IMG/VR virus record: IMGVR_UViG_3300025892_000008
Length of the DNA stretch: 64,000 bases
Reading direction: 5' to 3' (one strand)
From: a virus
Lineage: Duplodnaviria; Caudoviricetes
Position 1 is the first letter of the stretch, and each line of letters starts with the position of its first letter. Below the pieces are notes generated by a model. It did no database searches. It saw nothing but the letters and a program-made list of their open reading frames with translations, and was not told where the DNA came from. A program made the position numbers and the translations under genes. This document shows positions 34,861-45,304 of this stretch, piece by piece.

Positions 34861-36052
34861 CTATTGTTTCTCCATATTGTTTAACAGGCTTATAATCACC
34901 GATGTATATTACACAAGGATGTGATTTAAGCATTGCTTTACCACTTGAATTTAGTCCAGGTAGAAGTTCGTTACTTGCAACTATTATAACATCTTTTTCG
35001 TCTTTGAACAACCACTTTGCAGGCTTTTCTCTGAATATTAAAAATTTAGCAGTATCAATCTTGCCGCCGAAGCCATTTTCGCTTACCCAATTGTTAAAAT
35101 CTTTATCCGTTTTGTTACTAGGTCTGAAGCAAACTCTAAAATCTATTTTATTATAACCGCCTGCATCAATGTTATCTGCTAATTGTTTAATCCATTCAAT
35201 TGCATGATCAGGAGCATTTTGTAAAGGTTTGTCTAGCAAAATAACAATTTTTCCTGTAACTCCATAACATATTTTTAGAAATTTTTGTATATCACTACAA
35301 TGAAATATATTTGTTTTATTACTTGCTATTTTTTTCCAAACTGTACTTTTCTTTCCGTAATAAAGATGTCCTAAATTTTTAGCAAGCATCAAATCATTAT
35401 TTGTCCTATTATTTTTATGCTTATTAAAGTACCTTTGTGTTTCATCAACAGCATTATGCAATCTAATTTCGCCATTTATATCTGACATTGTTTTTAAATA
35501 TTGATCTTGATTGTTCCAAATTTCTTCAACTTGTGATAGTGCTTCAATTGCACTGTCCATTATTTCAAAGTCTTTATTTTTTAAAAACTCAATTAGATTT
35601 ACTAGATTAAAATCATACAACGATAATTTTCTAACCTTTCTTTCTTGATCCCAAAGACTCTTAGCAATCATGTATTCATCAGATTTTCCAATGCTTTCAT
35701 CAAACTCTGCCTTAAACGCAAAAGGAAACTTTAAGCAAATCCAATGCGTTTTATCTTCGTCTTGTTCAACCCATACTAGTTTTCTGTTATCAACTGTTCT
35801 AAAAGGTTTAGCCCATACAGGATTTTCTAATAAGTCTCTATAATCGTAAAACTGAGCGCAAGTATTTCTATACTTTGTAAGTATTTTTAAAATGTATGCA
35901 CCTTGCTTTTCTGTAATATCTTTACCTTCTGCTAATGTTAAATTAAAACTAGATGCTGCTCTTAAATCATGAGGTTGCATACCAAGACGGTTTGCTTGCA
36001 TAGTGGAATAAAATTCCAAGAATATTTCTTCAATAAAAAACTTGTTTAACAT
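34850..36052 (-). CDS. hypothetical protein
   Basis: 400-aa ORF coupled to the helicase, with its own sigma70-type promoter. Confidence 0.75.
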   Translation of the reverse strand: MLNKFFIEEIFLEFYSTMQANRLGMQPHDLRAASSFNLTLAEGKDITEKQGAYILKILTKYRNTCAQFYDYRDLLENPVWAKPFRTVDNRKLVWVEQDEDKTHWICLKFPFAFKAEFDESIGKSDEYMIAKSLWDQERKVRKLSLYDFNLVNLIEFLKNKDFEIMDSAIEALSQVEEIWNNQDQYLKTMSDINGEIRLHNAVDETQRYFNKHKNNRTNNDLMLAKNLGHLYYGKKSTVWKKIASNKTNIFHCSDIQKFLKICYGVTGKIVILLDKPLQNAPDHAIEWIKQLADNIDAGGYNKIDFRVCFRPSNKTDKDFNNWVSENGFGGKIDTAKFLIFREKPAKWLFKDEKDVIIVASNELLPGLNSSGKAMLKSHPCVIYIGDYKPVKQYGETIVEL

Positions 36053-36083
36053 ATTGTTATTATAACGTAGTTGAGCTAAGAAG

Positions 36084-36944
36084 TCAATGACTTACTTGCG
36101 TTTTAATAAACTTTTCTAATCGTTTGATAGGAATACCTTGTTGAATTTCTTCAACTGTCCACTCACAATGTGTAAGTTTAGTAAACCATAAAAGTCTATC
36201 ATCAGGCAGTTTAGGGTCTTCAATATTATCTATAGTATCACTTACAGGATATGCTAGGCTGCTCTTGTCTGTAATTACCGGCGTGCCTGCAATTGCAGCA
36301 AGTATCGGAGGTCCACTGTTATGATTTATAACTACATGATAATTATATACAATATCAAAGTTATCATATGTGCCACTTACTTGTATAGGTTGCTGTCTTG
36401 TTACATTTGTAAATTCATGTTCAATACCAGGCATCGGCGACCTTGGATGCGGCCTAATAACAATAGGGCGATTTGTAATTTTTCTAATCTTATCTATTGT
36501 TTGCATAGTCCAATCAGTCATAGAAGTCATACCTTTCCACTGCAAACTTTTTTCGTGCTGTGTAGCAATTAATATCTTGTTGCTTCTATTGACGTTAGGT
36601 AAAGACATTTGTAATCCTAACTTCTTAGGTCTGTCTACATCGATATCCTCGTTAGCACCAAATTCTCCTAAGCCATTGATATGGTTAAGACATATACGCC
36701 AAGTTTCATTTCTTTTTAAATTACCTACTTCTATAATTATAATAGGTTTATTTTGTGCAATACATGCTTCGTAAATTTGTTGATTAGGACTCATTCTTCC
36801 ATGCCACAACACACTCCAAATAACAGTAACATCTTCGTTATTATCTACTATTTGGTGTCCTTGTGCTTTAAGTCCTTGTTCAAATGCATCAAATATGCTA
36901 GGACTGTTTAGTGCTCCGTGCTGTCGGAAAAGTTTGAAACGCAT
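36084..36944 (-). CDS. KpsS/KpsC-like (Capsule_synth) GT-B protein, paralogue 1
   Basis: RPHP, NHNSGPPILAAIAGTP, C-terminal W..EEI..G. Confidence 0.65.
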   Translation of the reverse strand: MRFKLFRQHGALNSPSIFDAFEQGLKAQGHQIVDNNEDVTVIWSVLWHGRMSPNQQIYEACIAQNKPIIIIEVGNLKRNETWRICLNHINGLGEFGANEDIDVDRPKKLGLQMSLPNVNRSNKILIATQHEKSLQWKGMTSMTDWTMQTIDKIRKITNRPIVIRPHPRSPMPGIEHEFTNVTRQQPIQVSGTYDNFDIVYNYHVVINHNSGPPILAAIAGTPVITDKSSLAYPVSDTIDNIEDPKLPDDRLLWFTKLTHCEWTVEEIQQGIPIKRLEKFIKTQVSH

Positions 36945-36983
36945 GATGTCTCCAATAAATATAGTAGTATTTAATGGTTTAGA

Positions 36984-37382
36984 ATGAATAAATTTCAAAA
37001 AAGATTATCAAAAAACATAAGAAATCATCCAAACGACTGCCTTGTGATCGGAGACGGCTTTGGACATATTCAAGACTTTTTAGGTATGTTTAATACAGTG
37101 TTTGTACTAGAAAGTACATTAGAACTTAAAGTAAAAAATCTTATACAACGAAAAGATTTTCAAAGTGTATTTCAGTTAGCCAACGTAAGTGGAGTTTTTA
37201 TTGATTTGGATAAAGTAGAATTTATAGATAATATATCTCCTTTACTAACTAAAGGCCCTGATGTGTTTGTTGAAGGTAACGATGTACTTGAAAGGAAATA
37301 TACTAAAGTCTTATATCAATTAGGATATGTAGCAGTTGCACAGTTAGGATATATGCATCAGTGGAGTTCAAGAGGAGTTTAA
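36984..37382 (+). CDS. hypothetical protein
   Basis: Divergent plus-strand ORF. Confidence 0.65.
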   Translation: MNKFQKRLSKNIRNHPNDCLVIGDGFGHIQDFLGMFNTVFVLESTLELKVKNLIQRKDFQSVFQLANVSGVFIDLDKVEFIDNISPLLTKGPDVFVEGNDVLERKYTKVLYQLGYVAVAQLGYMHQWSSRGV

Positions 37383-37383
37383 A

Positions 37384-38232
37384 ATGAATGTAACAGTTAT
37401 TACTACTTTTCATAAGCAGGGTTACGATACCTATGGAAAACGTATGATAGAATCGTTCTTAAAAAATTGGCCTAGTAGTATTAAGTTGTACGTGTACGCA
37501 GAAGATTGCACAGTAACTGAATCTGCACCAAACTTAATTGTTAAAGACTTACATCAATCTAGTCCTGAGCTTGTAGCATTTAAAAATAAATGGAAAGGCG
37601 TACCTAAAGCAAATGGTGATGTTAGTGCTGATCCAATTAGAAGTAAAAGAAAAGACAGCGGCAAGGGATTTAAATGGCATGCTGTTCGTTTTGCACACAA
37701 GGTTTATAGTATTTTTTCTTGTGCAAAAGAATGCAATACGGAATGGTTAATGTGGATGGATGCAGATACTATTTGTCACAGTCCTATATCAGAAAAACAA
37801 ATATCAAGGTTACTACCAGATAAGCAAGAACTTTGTTACTTAGGAAGAAAAGGAAAATATAGTGAATGCGGATTATACGCTATGCGTTTAACTTCTGAAA
37901 ACACTATAAACTTTTTAAAAGAATTTCAACGTGTATATGATGATGCAGAAGGTAATGGCGGCATCTTTTCAATGGCAGAATGGCATGATAGTTTTGTATT
38001 TGACGGTGTAAGAACACGCTTCTCTAATTTTAAACAAACTGATTGGGCAGCATCATTAAATGATATTAGACCACGACCGGGTATGAGTACAGGTGAAGGT
38101 CATCCACTAATAAACTGCGAGTGGGGTGCATATCTAGATCATCTTAAAGGTGGTAGAAAACAACTTGGACAAAGTAAAAGAGACGATTTAAAAGTTCCAA
38201 GAACAGAACCTTATTGGCAACAGTTTAAATAA
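37384..38232 (+). CDS. GT-A fold glycosyltransferase-like protein
   Basis: WMDAD DxD motif, ECG, WHDS, DHLKG. Confidence 0.7.
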   Translation: MNVTVITTFHKQGYDTYGKRMIESFLKNWPSSIKLYVYAEDCTVTESAPNLIVKDLHQSSPELVAFKNKWKGVPKANGDVSADPIRSKRKDSGKGFKWHAVRFAHKVYSIFSCAKECNTEWLMWMDADTICHSPISEKQISRLLPDKQELCYLGRKGKYSECGLYAMRLTSENTINFLKEFQRVYDDAEGNGGIFSMAEWHDSFVFDGVRTRFSNFKQTDWAASLNDIRPRPGMSTGEGHPLINCEWGAYLDHLKGGRKQLGQSKRDDLKVPRTEPYWQQFK

Positions 38233-39154
38233 ATTTTCTAAAAAACTGCCAGGCTTCACCGGATCTTAATTCATCAAAATTCCAATGACACATAGAAAGT
38301 TTTTCAATCCATGCTTGTCTATCAAACATTTTTGGATCTTCTAAACTTTTTAGATTAGTATTACAAACATCTGCTGCTTGGCTTTCTTGAGCATTAGTTA
38401 AAAATACAGGTACACCTTCAATTGAACTTGCAACTGCTGGACTACTATTGTGCAATACTGTTGCCCAAGCATTTTGTAAATCCTGTAGTACATGTTGTGT
38501 GCTTAATGTAACATTTTTATACTTGTTAAGTAAAAGATAGTTACGCCATTTCTTATCACCAGGATGAGGCCTTACAACAATAGGTCTATCAGTGAACGTT
38601 TGTATTTGTTTGATAGTTTGATCTAACCAGTTTTGTACAGGAATACCTTTCATGCTCCACCCACCGTTGCGTTGACAACATACTAGTATATGATTACCAG
38701 TTTTTCTATATGGTTTTAAACTAAGTCCGAGATTAGCACTAATCTTTTGCCAACGTGTCGGATCAACTTCTTCAGTAAAATAATAACCCGTAGTAGGAAA
38801 TACTCCGTCAAAACTATATCTTAGGTAGTGTTTAGTATTGCCAGGATCAGCATAAAGAAATAAATTACTATCAACTATCAAACTTCTTTTACCTGTTTGT
38901 TTCTGTTGTTCTACTGCACGCTGTCGCAACTGCAAGTGCGGTGCTGTCTTACCGTGTTCATGAACAAATCCTTGTATAAGTGCAACATCACAATCAATAG
39001 TATTGAAACCCTGATGTGCAATTGCACGATCACCAGTTACTTGTACTCCTTGTAGGAAGTTATTAAGTATTAACGGTTTTTCTGGATTATTGTTATTAGG
39101 AGGAATACCTCCAAAATATGCCACTGCTGTAAAATTAGCCATGATACTTATCAA
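38225..39154 (-). CDS. KpsS/KpsC-like GT-B protein, paralogue 2
   Basis: RPHPGD, HNSSPAVASSIEGVP, W..DEL.SG.AW. Confidence 0.65.
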   Translation of the reverse strand: MISIMANFTAVAYFGGIPPNNNNPEKPLILNNFLQGVQVTGDRAIAHQGFNTIDCDVALIQGFVHEHGKTAPHLQLRQRAVEQQKQTGKRSLIVDSNLFLYADPGNTKHYLRYSFDGVFPTTGYYFTEEVDPTRWQKISANLGLSLKPYRKTGNHILVCCQRNGGWSMKGIPVQNWLDQTIKQIQTFTDRPIVVRPHPGDKKWRNYLLLNKYKNVTLSTQHVLQDLQNAWATVLHNSSPAVASSIEGVPVFLTNAQESQAADVCNTNLKSLEDPKMFDRQAWIEKLSMCHWNFDELRSGEAWQFFRKFI

Positions 39155-40277
39155 CTATCCTTTTTGCTGTTCCATTTATTAGTTCTTCTTTGGTAAACTG
39201 GCTATAACTTAGCATGCACAACCATTTAGATATATCTCCATAATATAGGTCGTTTATATCACTAAGTTTGTTTCTAGTTACAGGATTAGTTATATGTGTT
39301 CCTAATGTTATTGCAGGTATACCAGCCCATATTGCTTCTGTAGCAGCATTACTATTAATACTTACTACACAACAATAATCCTCGTCTAATAACTGCTTAA
39401 TCAACTTAGGACGCTGTCTAAGAGGTGCTTTCTTTCTAAATACAATACGTTTGTCTGTGTATTTTCTTAATTCTTTAGCAACATCATACTTCCATGTTTT
39501 TAAATTTATATGAAAAACATTTGCTGCAAATGGTCCAGGTTCTATCACATAAATTATCTCACCATTCTTGCGCCACGGCACAGGAAAAATAGGAAAGTTC
39601 TTCAATCTACTTGTAGGTGCATCAAATGATTTACCAAAGTGCATATGATTACGAACTAGTCTATGCCATTTTTTATTTGGTTCTAGAAAATTTGTATAAC
39701 CACTATCTATAAACCACATAGGATATTGTTTATCAATTTTCGTTACTAATAGTTCTTCATTACCTACAGTATTCCTAATTAAGCAATCTTCTTTGTAGTT
39801 TTTAAACTCTTTTCTTCTTATTAGTTGAGGGTTCTTTGTTAACGTATTACCTGTACCTTTTACAAAATCTTTATAAGGGCTTTTTTGATACTTTTGTAAA
39901 ATATATTCTTTACCTAATCTTTCTATAAATGTTTCTATATTGCTGTGAACTCCGTGAAATATATCTTGTTTAGTTTTTCCTCTTTCTTCTTTTATAGTTC
40001 TAACATATAACTCTAGATCTCTACTTACACCTTTAAATATTTTTTCGTAGAGTTTGTTCTTGCCAGCATCATCTATATGATCTTTTGGTGGAATAAAATC
40101 TTGTCCTTTTAACATAGCACGACGTTTACGTTCTGACTCTCTTTCTGCAAATGCGTTAGTAACTTCGTTCAAATTAAAATCTGTTACTTCATCAATTCTT
40201 TTTGCTACTTGCTTTTCCAAATTTATTAAACTTATTAAAAAATTTGCAATTTCTTTATTGTTTAATAAAAGTTTCAT
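39135..40277 (-). CDS. KpsS/KpsC-like GT-B protein, paralogue 3
   Basis: SINSNAATEAIWAGIP, LSYSQFT.EEL.NG.A. Confidence 0.65.
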   Translation of the reverse strand: MKLLLNNKEIANFLISLINLEKQVAKRIDEVTDFNLNEVTNAFAERESERKRRAMLKGQDFIPPKDHIDDAGKNKLYEKIFKGVSRDLELYVRTIKEERGKTKQDIFHGVHSNIETFIERLGKEYILQKYQKSPYKDFVKGTGNTLTKNPQLIRRKEFKNYKEDCLIRNTVGNEELLVTKIDKQYPMWFIDSGYTNFLEPNKKWHRLVRNHMHFGKSFDAPTSRLKNFPIFPVPWRKNGEIIYVIEPGPFAANVFHINLKTWKYDVAKELRKYTDKRIVFRKKAPLRQRPKLIKQLLDEDYCCVVSINSNAATEAIWAGIPAITLGTHITNPVTRNKLSDINDLYYGDISKWLCMLSYSQFTKEELINGTAKRIVDKYHG

Positions 40278-41053
40278 GAATATTCTTCCGTTAGTTCGTA
40301 TGCTGTACCGTTTTCTATTTCTTCAATAGTAAACTGCCCGTAGGCTAGACTTGCACATTGTTGTTCAATTATTTGTTGGGTTGGCTTAAATGGGTTTGAT
40401 AAATCTTCAATGTTATGCGATGCTAAAGGACTTGCGGCACACGGAACACTTACAAATGCAGGAACACCATGTACTACAGATTCCATTGCAGCCATACTAT
40501 TCATAGTTACTGTTGCATATGTTCCGCTGTCTAAAGCATCGTATATTGTGTATTCTTTTACTCTTGCGGATCTTGATCCTTTTACTCTTACTTCAATTGG
40601 TAAGTTGCTATACTTTTCAATATTTGAAGTAGTTTCTTTTACCCACGTATCATAATCTATTCCATAATATCTACATGCTTTGGGGTTAGGTAAAACTAAT
40701 AAAATTTTCTTGTTATTATTTTTCCATCCAGACCAACTAAGACTAGGATCTTGTTCTAGTAGTTTCTGCCATCTGTCAGTTGGAACATTTCTTATTTTAG
40801 AATGCTGGTTTTCGTTTTTAACTACTCTGTGCCAAAGTTTTTTACCGCTTGGATTTCCTTTACTAACAAAGTTACCAAGATAGCCTGTATCAATATAGTA
40901 AAAATCTCTGCCTGCTTTGATGCATGCATTTACATGATCTTTTTTTATTACGCCTCTAACAACAAGAGGTTTAGAAGTATCTTTAGGGTCTGTAGTTAAC
41001 TTACCGCCAGAACCTATAACTAGTGATTCTTCTAAACTAAGTTTGTTTGCCAT
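40274..41053 (-). CDS. KpsS/KpsC-like GT-B protein, paralogue 4
   Basis: DTGY, TMNSMAAMESVVHGVP, LAYGQFT.EEI.NG.A. Confidence 0.65.
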   Translation of the reverse strand: MANKLSLEESLVIGSGGKLTTDPKDTSKPLVVRGVIKKDHVNACIKAGRDFYYIDTGYLGNFVSKGNPSGKKLWHRVVKNENQHSKIRNVPTDRWQKLLEQDPSLSWSGWKNNNKKILLVLPNPKACRYYGIDYDTWVKETTSNIEKYSNLPIEVRVKGSRSARVKEYTIYDALDSGTYATVTMNSMAAMESVVHGVPAFVSVPCAASPLASHNIEDLSNPFKPTQQIIEQQCASLAYGQFTIEEIENGTAYELTEEYS

Positions 41054-41733
41054 TAAACCTCGTCTTCCATCATATTAAATAATTCATTTTTCCATTCAGC
41101 ATGAAATTCACAGTCTCTATAATTTTCAAACCACGGTCCACCTTCTGTGTAATGAATTAGTTTTGGTTTTTTAATATCATCATATACACCTACTAGATAG
41201 TTCCATGTGTGATCAATGCTACCAATTTCTTCATCTTTTAACCAACTAAAGCGATGCATATATGCTCCGTTGAGTTCAGTTTCGTTTACAAAGTCTTGAT
41301 TAACAACTTTGTTACTAGGGTGTCCACAGTTCCATAATACCATCGAGCTCCAATTCTTACGTGGATAGATTGTTTGTTTTTGACCATCCATCTTTGTAGT
41401 TTCAGTTACTTTATAATCATGTTGTACACACATAACAGCATACTTGTCATCTGCTTGTTCAAACAGTTCTGCAATATCTGTTGTTAATATCATGTCACTG
41501 TCCATGAACACTGCCCAACCTTTAAAGTTAGTTAGTTCTGGTATCAAAAATCTTGTAAACGTAAATTCTGTTGATGCTAATTTATCAATGGGTCTTTTGT
41601 ACCATCCTGCATCTCTTAGTTCTTGTTGTTTAAGAGGAATTACTTCAGCCTCTTTACTTCTTGCAATAATGCTGTGCTTACATACTTGATATGCAATATC
41701 TTCTCTTGTATCGTATCCTACAAATACTTTCAT
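41053..41733 (-). CDS. GT8-like glycosyltransferase
   Basis: VFVGYD.RE, TEFTFTRF, FMDSDM, RKNWSS, HYTEGGPW. Confidence 0.8.
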   Translation of the reverse strand: MKVFVGYDTREDIAYQVCKHSIIARSKEAEVIPLKQQELRDAGWYKRPIDKLASTEFTFTRFLIPELTNFKGWAVFMDSDMILTTDIAELFEQADDKYAVMCVQHDYKVTETTKMDGQKQTIYPRKNWSSMVLWNCGHPSNKVVNQDFVNETELNGAYMHRFSWLKDEEIGSIDHTWNYLVGVYDDIKKPKLIHYTEGGPWFENYRDCEFHAEWKNELFNMMEDEV

Positions 41734-42533
41734 TGTTCTAATATCCTTCTAGCCTTACCTGTTTTTAACTCACTCATATGAAATTGTCCGTAAGCCAAAT
41801 GACAACCCCATTCGTATAATTTATCTTTGTCCGGGTAGTACGGATTTTCTATTTGAGATAAATCTTTTGAACCGACAGGAGAAGCAGCACTTGTAGGTGC
41901 TAACGGAAATACTGGTATTCCATGAAATACTGATTCTACAGCAGCATTACTATTAAATGTAACTAGTGCGTATACATCATCATCTAGTGCTTGTTGTAGA
42001 GTATCGGTTACAACTCTATCTATCCTATTTTTACTTCTTGATCTTATTTCTATAGGTCTATCGGTATGCTTTTTTAATTCAGCAGTTGTATCTTCTATCC
42101 ACTGTTCTAAATCTTTTTCATAAAACTTCATTGGTTTTTCGTCGGGTGCTGCAATTAAAATTTTTCTTCCGTCTTTCTTCCACGGGTTAAACTTTTTTTT
42201 AAACGAATCAAATCTGTTAGAAGGGCGTTTTATTATATCGTTGTGTTGTAAATCGTTTTTAACAATTCTGTGCCAATACTTCCAACCATTAGGATTACTT
42301 ATTGTTTGTTCATTACCAAAGTATCCTGTATCCATATAATAAAAATCTCTACCATCTTTCCAGCATTTACGTATCCATTTCTTTTTTAGAATACCTCGTA
42401 ATACAATTGGATCTTCAGAAGCGTCATAATCAAAGTTGTTAGAGTCTACAGTCATTACACCACAACCTCTTGCAAAGTCATTTATATAAGGGTCTTGATT
42501 ACCTTTGCTTATAAAAATCCAATTACGTTTCAC
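41730..42533 (-). CDS. KpsS/KpsC-like GT-B protein, paralogue 5
   Basis: DTGY, TFNSNAAVESVFHGIP, LAYGQF..EL..G.A. Confidence 0.65.
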   Translation of the reverse strand: MKRNWIFISKGNQDPYINDFARGCGVMTVDSNNFDYDASEDPIVLRGILKKKWIRKCWKDGRDFYYMDTGYFGNEQTISNPNGWKYWHRIVKNDLQHNDIIKRPSNRFDSFKKKFNPWKKDGRKILIAAPDEKPMKFYEKDLEQWIEDTTAELKKHTDRPIEIRSRSKNRIDRVVTDTLQQALDDDVYALVTFNSNAAVESVFHGIPVFPLAPTSAASPVGSKDLSQIENPYYPDKDKLYEWGCHLAYGQFHMSELKTGKARRILEQ

Positions 42534-43299
42534 GTCTTTCTATATCCTCTTCTATACATTCGCTGCCCCATTGTATCTCTAACACATGTGCATTCACACC
42601 GCCAGGGTTACTTGCTTGATGCCAAACTTCTTTATCTATTTCATATGATCTTGTATGTGGTAATAAATGCACATCATCTACTCTATTATCCCATTCTGTT
42701 TTAATTTTTACAACACCTTGAAGTATTGACCAAACTTCTGATCTCTTAAAATGTTTTTGGTCGCTTAAACTTTTACCTGGATATATTACAAGCTCTTTTA
42801 CTTTGTATCCTGCTTCTGGATTGTGATCTAACACTCTCCAATATCCCCAATCTCTTTCTGTCTTTTGTGTCTTCCATTCGTCTAGAATCCAACTACTTGA
42901 ATTCATTTTGTTTGTACCACCAACACCAAATGCAAATTCTATATTAGGATGATCGCCGTAAATTTTGCTCTCAGGTGTCGTTAAATCTGTCCTGTCACCA
43001 CCATTAGCAAAAACATAATTACAATCTGCTGTTGTCGCCATTAGTTTATATATTGCACCACATGCACTATCGTCATCGTCATTAAATGACAATACTCTAT
43101 CAACAACTTCTAAACTGTTGATAATAGCACACCTGTCTTTGAATGTCATAAATGGTCTGCCTTTTTTACGAGTCAGCCATTCATCAGAATTTAATCCAAT
43201 AACTAGTTCGTCTCCTAGTTCTTTTGCTGCTTTGAAATATTCAATGTGTCCACTATGCAGTGGGTCGAACCCACCTGTTACTAATACTATGGTTTTCAT
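42523..43299 (-). CDS. cytidylyltransferase-like (HIGH) plus cupin fusion
   Basis: TGGFDPLHSGH, NGGDR; C-terminal ERDWGYW..SDQKH cupin. Confidence 0.85.
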   Translation of the reverse strand: MKTIVLVTGGFDPLHSGHIEYFKAAKELGDELVIGLNSDEWLTRKKGRPFMTFKDRCAIINSLEVVDRVLSFNDDDDSACGAIYKLMATTADCNYVFANGGDRTDLTTPESKIYGDHPNIEFAFGVGGTNKMNSSSWILDEWKTQKTERDWGYWRVLDHNPEAGYKVKELVIYPGKSLSDQKHFKRSEVWSILQGVVKIKTEWDNRVDDVHLLPHTRSYEIDKEVWHQASNPGGVNAHVLEIQWGSECIEEDIERRET

Positions 43300-43335
43300 A
43301 GTAGTATTTATGTGCGTAGTTAATGGGAGATAAAA

Positions 43336-44664
43336 TTAAAGAGTTTTGTGCTTTTTCTTTTTTTGTCCAACATTAAACCCTTTCTTTTCAGAAGGTTTAA
43401 AAGGAAAATTGTTTCTAGTAAGGTATTCGTGTAAACAACTTTTATATACACTATTTTTTAATGCAGGAGATAACCAAAGGAATTCTTGTACTAAGTCATT
43501 ATCAAGGAATGGATATCTAGTTTCAACTCCAAAATGTCCTGCTACATATTCTTCTTTATTAAGATATTTTATTTGTGTTCCGTCATAAAAACTTTGCCAA
43601 GGAAAGAATCCATCTAAACTTTCAGGGAAAAGTCCACCGAAGCCGCTGTGTTTATATTTCTTAACCCCACCAAATCCGTAATCACTTATAATTTCATCTG
43701 CACCCTGTCCTGAGAAATAAATTTTTCTTTTCTCTTTATTAGCCCTATGACAAATTGCTGCTAGGCCTTTTGATGCTTGATCTTCTTTTATGTTATATTT
43801 CTTTTTGCCAGTGCCGTAAATAAAATCTTCGCAGTTATTATCTAGCTCTTGTTGCCAATGATTGTATTCGTCTGTAGTAAGATTAAATGCTTCTGCATTA
43901 GTAACTAGTTTTAATCTTCTTTCCATAATTTTAGGATTTTCTGTATTAAGTATGGAATATGTTTTAAAGGAAACATTTTGTTTTTCTAGCTCACAGGTTA
44001 TAGCACCACTGTCATAACCTGAACTTAAACCTACAAACATACCTTGTTTTGTATTTGCAGTTCGTTTACGAATACTATTACTAAATGCTGTTAACCAATC
44101 GTCAAATGTTGTTTTGTGCTGTTTTATATCAAATGTTCTGTTTTCATAACTAGTAAGTTGTGTTAGTGTAGATAAATTAAAAACAAGTGTTGTATTTGAT
44201 TTAAGTTTTTTGCCATTCTTAAATCCTAATCCATCTAGTTGACTATTGTATGATGCAATACAAAATTTATCGTCTCTCATTTCATACCAAAGTGGTTTGC
44301 AACTAAAAGTATCTACAGAAATAATTAGTTTTTGTTTCTTGTAATCAATTAAACATAATGCAAATTCTCCGTCTAAATCTTTTACAAAATGTTCGCCTTT
44401 AGTATTATATAGATCTATAATACATTCACTGTCACTATTATAATTTCCAAATGATGTATAATTATAAATTTCTCCGTTAAAGACACATACTACATCATCT
44501 TTTATTAACGGTTGAGGAGTCAACTCACCTGTAATATGTAACAAATTATGTAGATAATATACTCCACGGATTTTTTCAGCAGTAGTCATGTCAGGACCTC
44601 GGTTCTGACAATGTTTATTTGAGGTTATCGGATCACTATAATTTGTGGCTGCAAATCCGCACAT
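43336..44664 (-). CDS. asparagine synthetase-like glutamine amidotransferase
   Basis: N-terminal MCG, RGPD, NGEIYN, LSSGYDS, SGQGADE, RYPFLD. Confidence 0.85.
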   Translation of the reverse strand: MCGFAATNYSDPITSNKHCQNRGPDMTTAEKIRGVYYLHNLLHITGELTPQPLIKDDVVCVFNGEIYNYTSFGNYNSDSECIIDLYNTKGEHFVKDLDGEFALCLIDYKKQKLIISVDTFSCKPLWYEMRDDKFCIASYNSQLDGLGFKNGKKLKSNTTLVFNLSTLTQLTSYENRTFDIKQHKTTFDDWLTAFSNSIRKRTANTKQGMFVGLSSGYDSGAITCELEKQNVSFKTYSILNTENPKIMERRLKLVTNAEAFNLTTDEYNHWQQELDNNCEDFIYGTGKKKYNIKEDQASKGLAAICHRANKEKRKIYFSGQGADEIISDYGFGGVKKYKHSGFGGLFPESLDGFFPWQSFYDGTQIKYLNKEEYVAGHFGVETRYPFLDNDLVQEFLWLSPALKNSVYKSCLHEYLTRNNFPFKPSEKKGFNVGQKKKKHKTL

Positions 44665-44665
44665 A

Positions 44666-45304
44666 TTAAGTCTTTAATTTACTTCTTGCTTTTTTATCTT
44701 TGCCGTCTATATACATGCCGCCTTTTGGGCCTTCCATTCTATGAATCTTAGAATGTAATTGATCAGCATCGATAAATTTATCGCCTGTTTTTCTTACAGC
44801 GTATAAGCGCCAGCGAGATAGTAAAGCAGTTCCTAAAAAAGTATAATCAGAATAATTAGTTATATTATCCCAAAAAGGAATATCGTAATAATATTGACAA
44901 TGTCCAGGCTTTGTTACTCCAAGTTCAGGACCAATGTGTATTGCTATGCCGCCAATTTTTAAACTATTATGAACGTTTAAAAATGCAGTATGTTGAGACT
45001 CGTATGGTTCAACATGTTCTATTGTTCCGGCATTTGTAATTACATCAAAATAATTTTTGAATTCAGTAAAGTCTTCAAGTTTAGACAAATCTTTTACTAG
45101 CGCACCGTCTAATCCATTAAGATCAACTGACGTATGCTCGTAACCTAGTCTTGTAAAATATGCCTTGCCCGTAGTTTCGTGTATTTGTTTGTCTGGACGA
45201 ATAACTTGATTACCAAGTTCTAGCATCTTTAATCCGTATGTGTTTGGATAAATTGGAGTAATATGATCATTCATCCAATTAAGATAAGAGGGTTTGTATC
45301 CCAT
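44666..45304 (-). CDS. SAM-dependent methyltransferase-like protein
   Basis: LELGNQ, SVDLNG, FDVITNAGTIEHV. Confidence 0.75.
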   Translation of the reverse strand: MGYKPSYLNWMNDHITPIYPNTYGLKMLELGNQVIRPDKQIHETTGKAYFTRLGYEHTSVDLNGLDGALVKDLSKLEDFTEFKNYFDVITNAGTIEHVEPYESQHTAFLNVHNSLKIGGIAIHIGPELGVTKPGHCQYYYDIPFWDNITNYSDYTFLGTALLSRWRLYAVRKTGDKFIDADQLHSKIHRMEGPKGGMYIDGKDKKARSKLKT

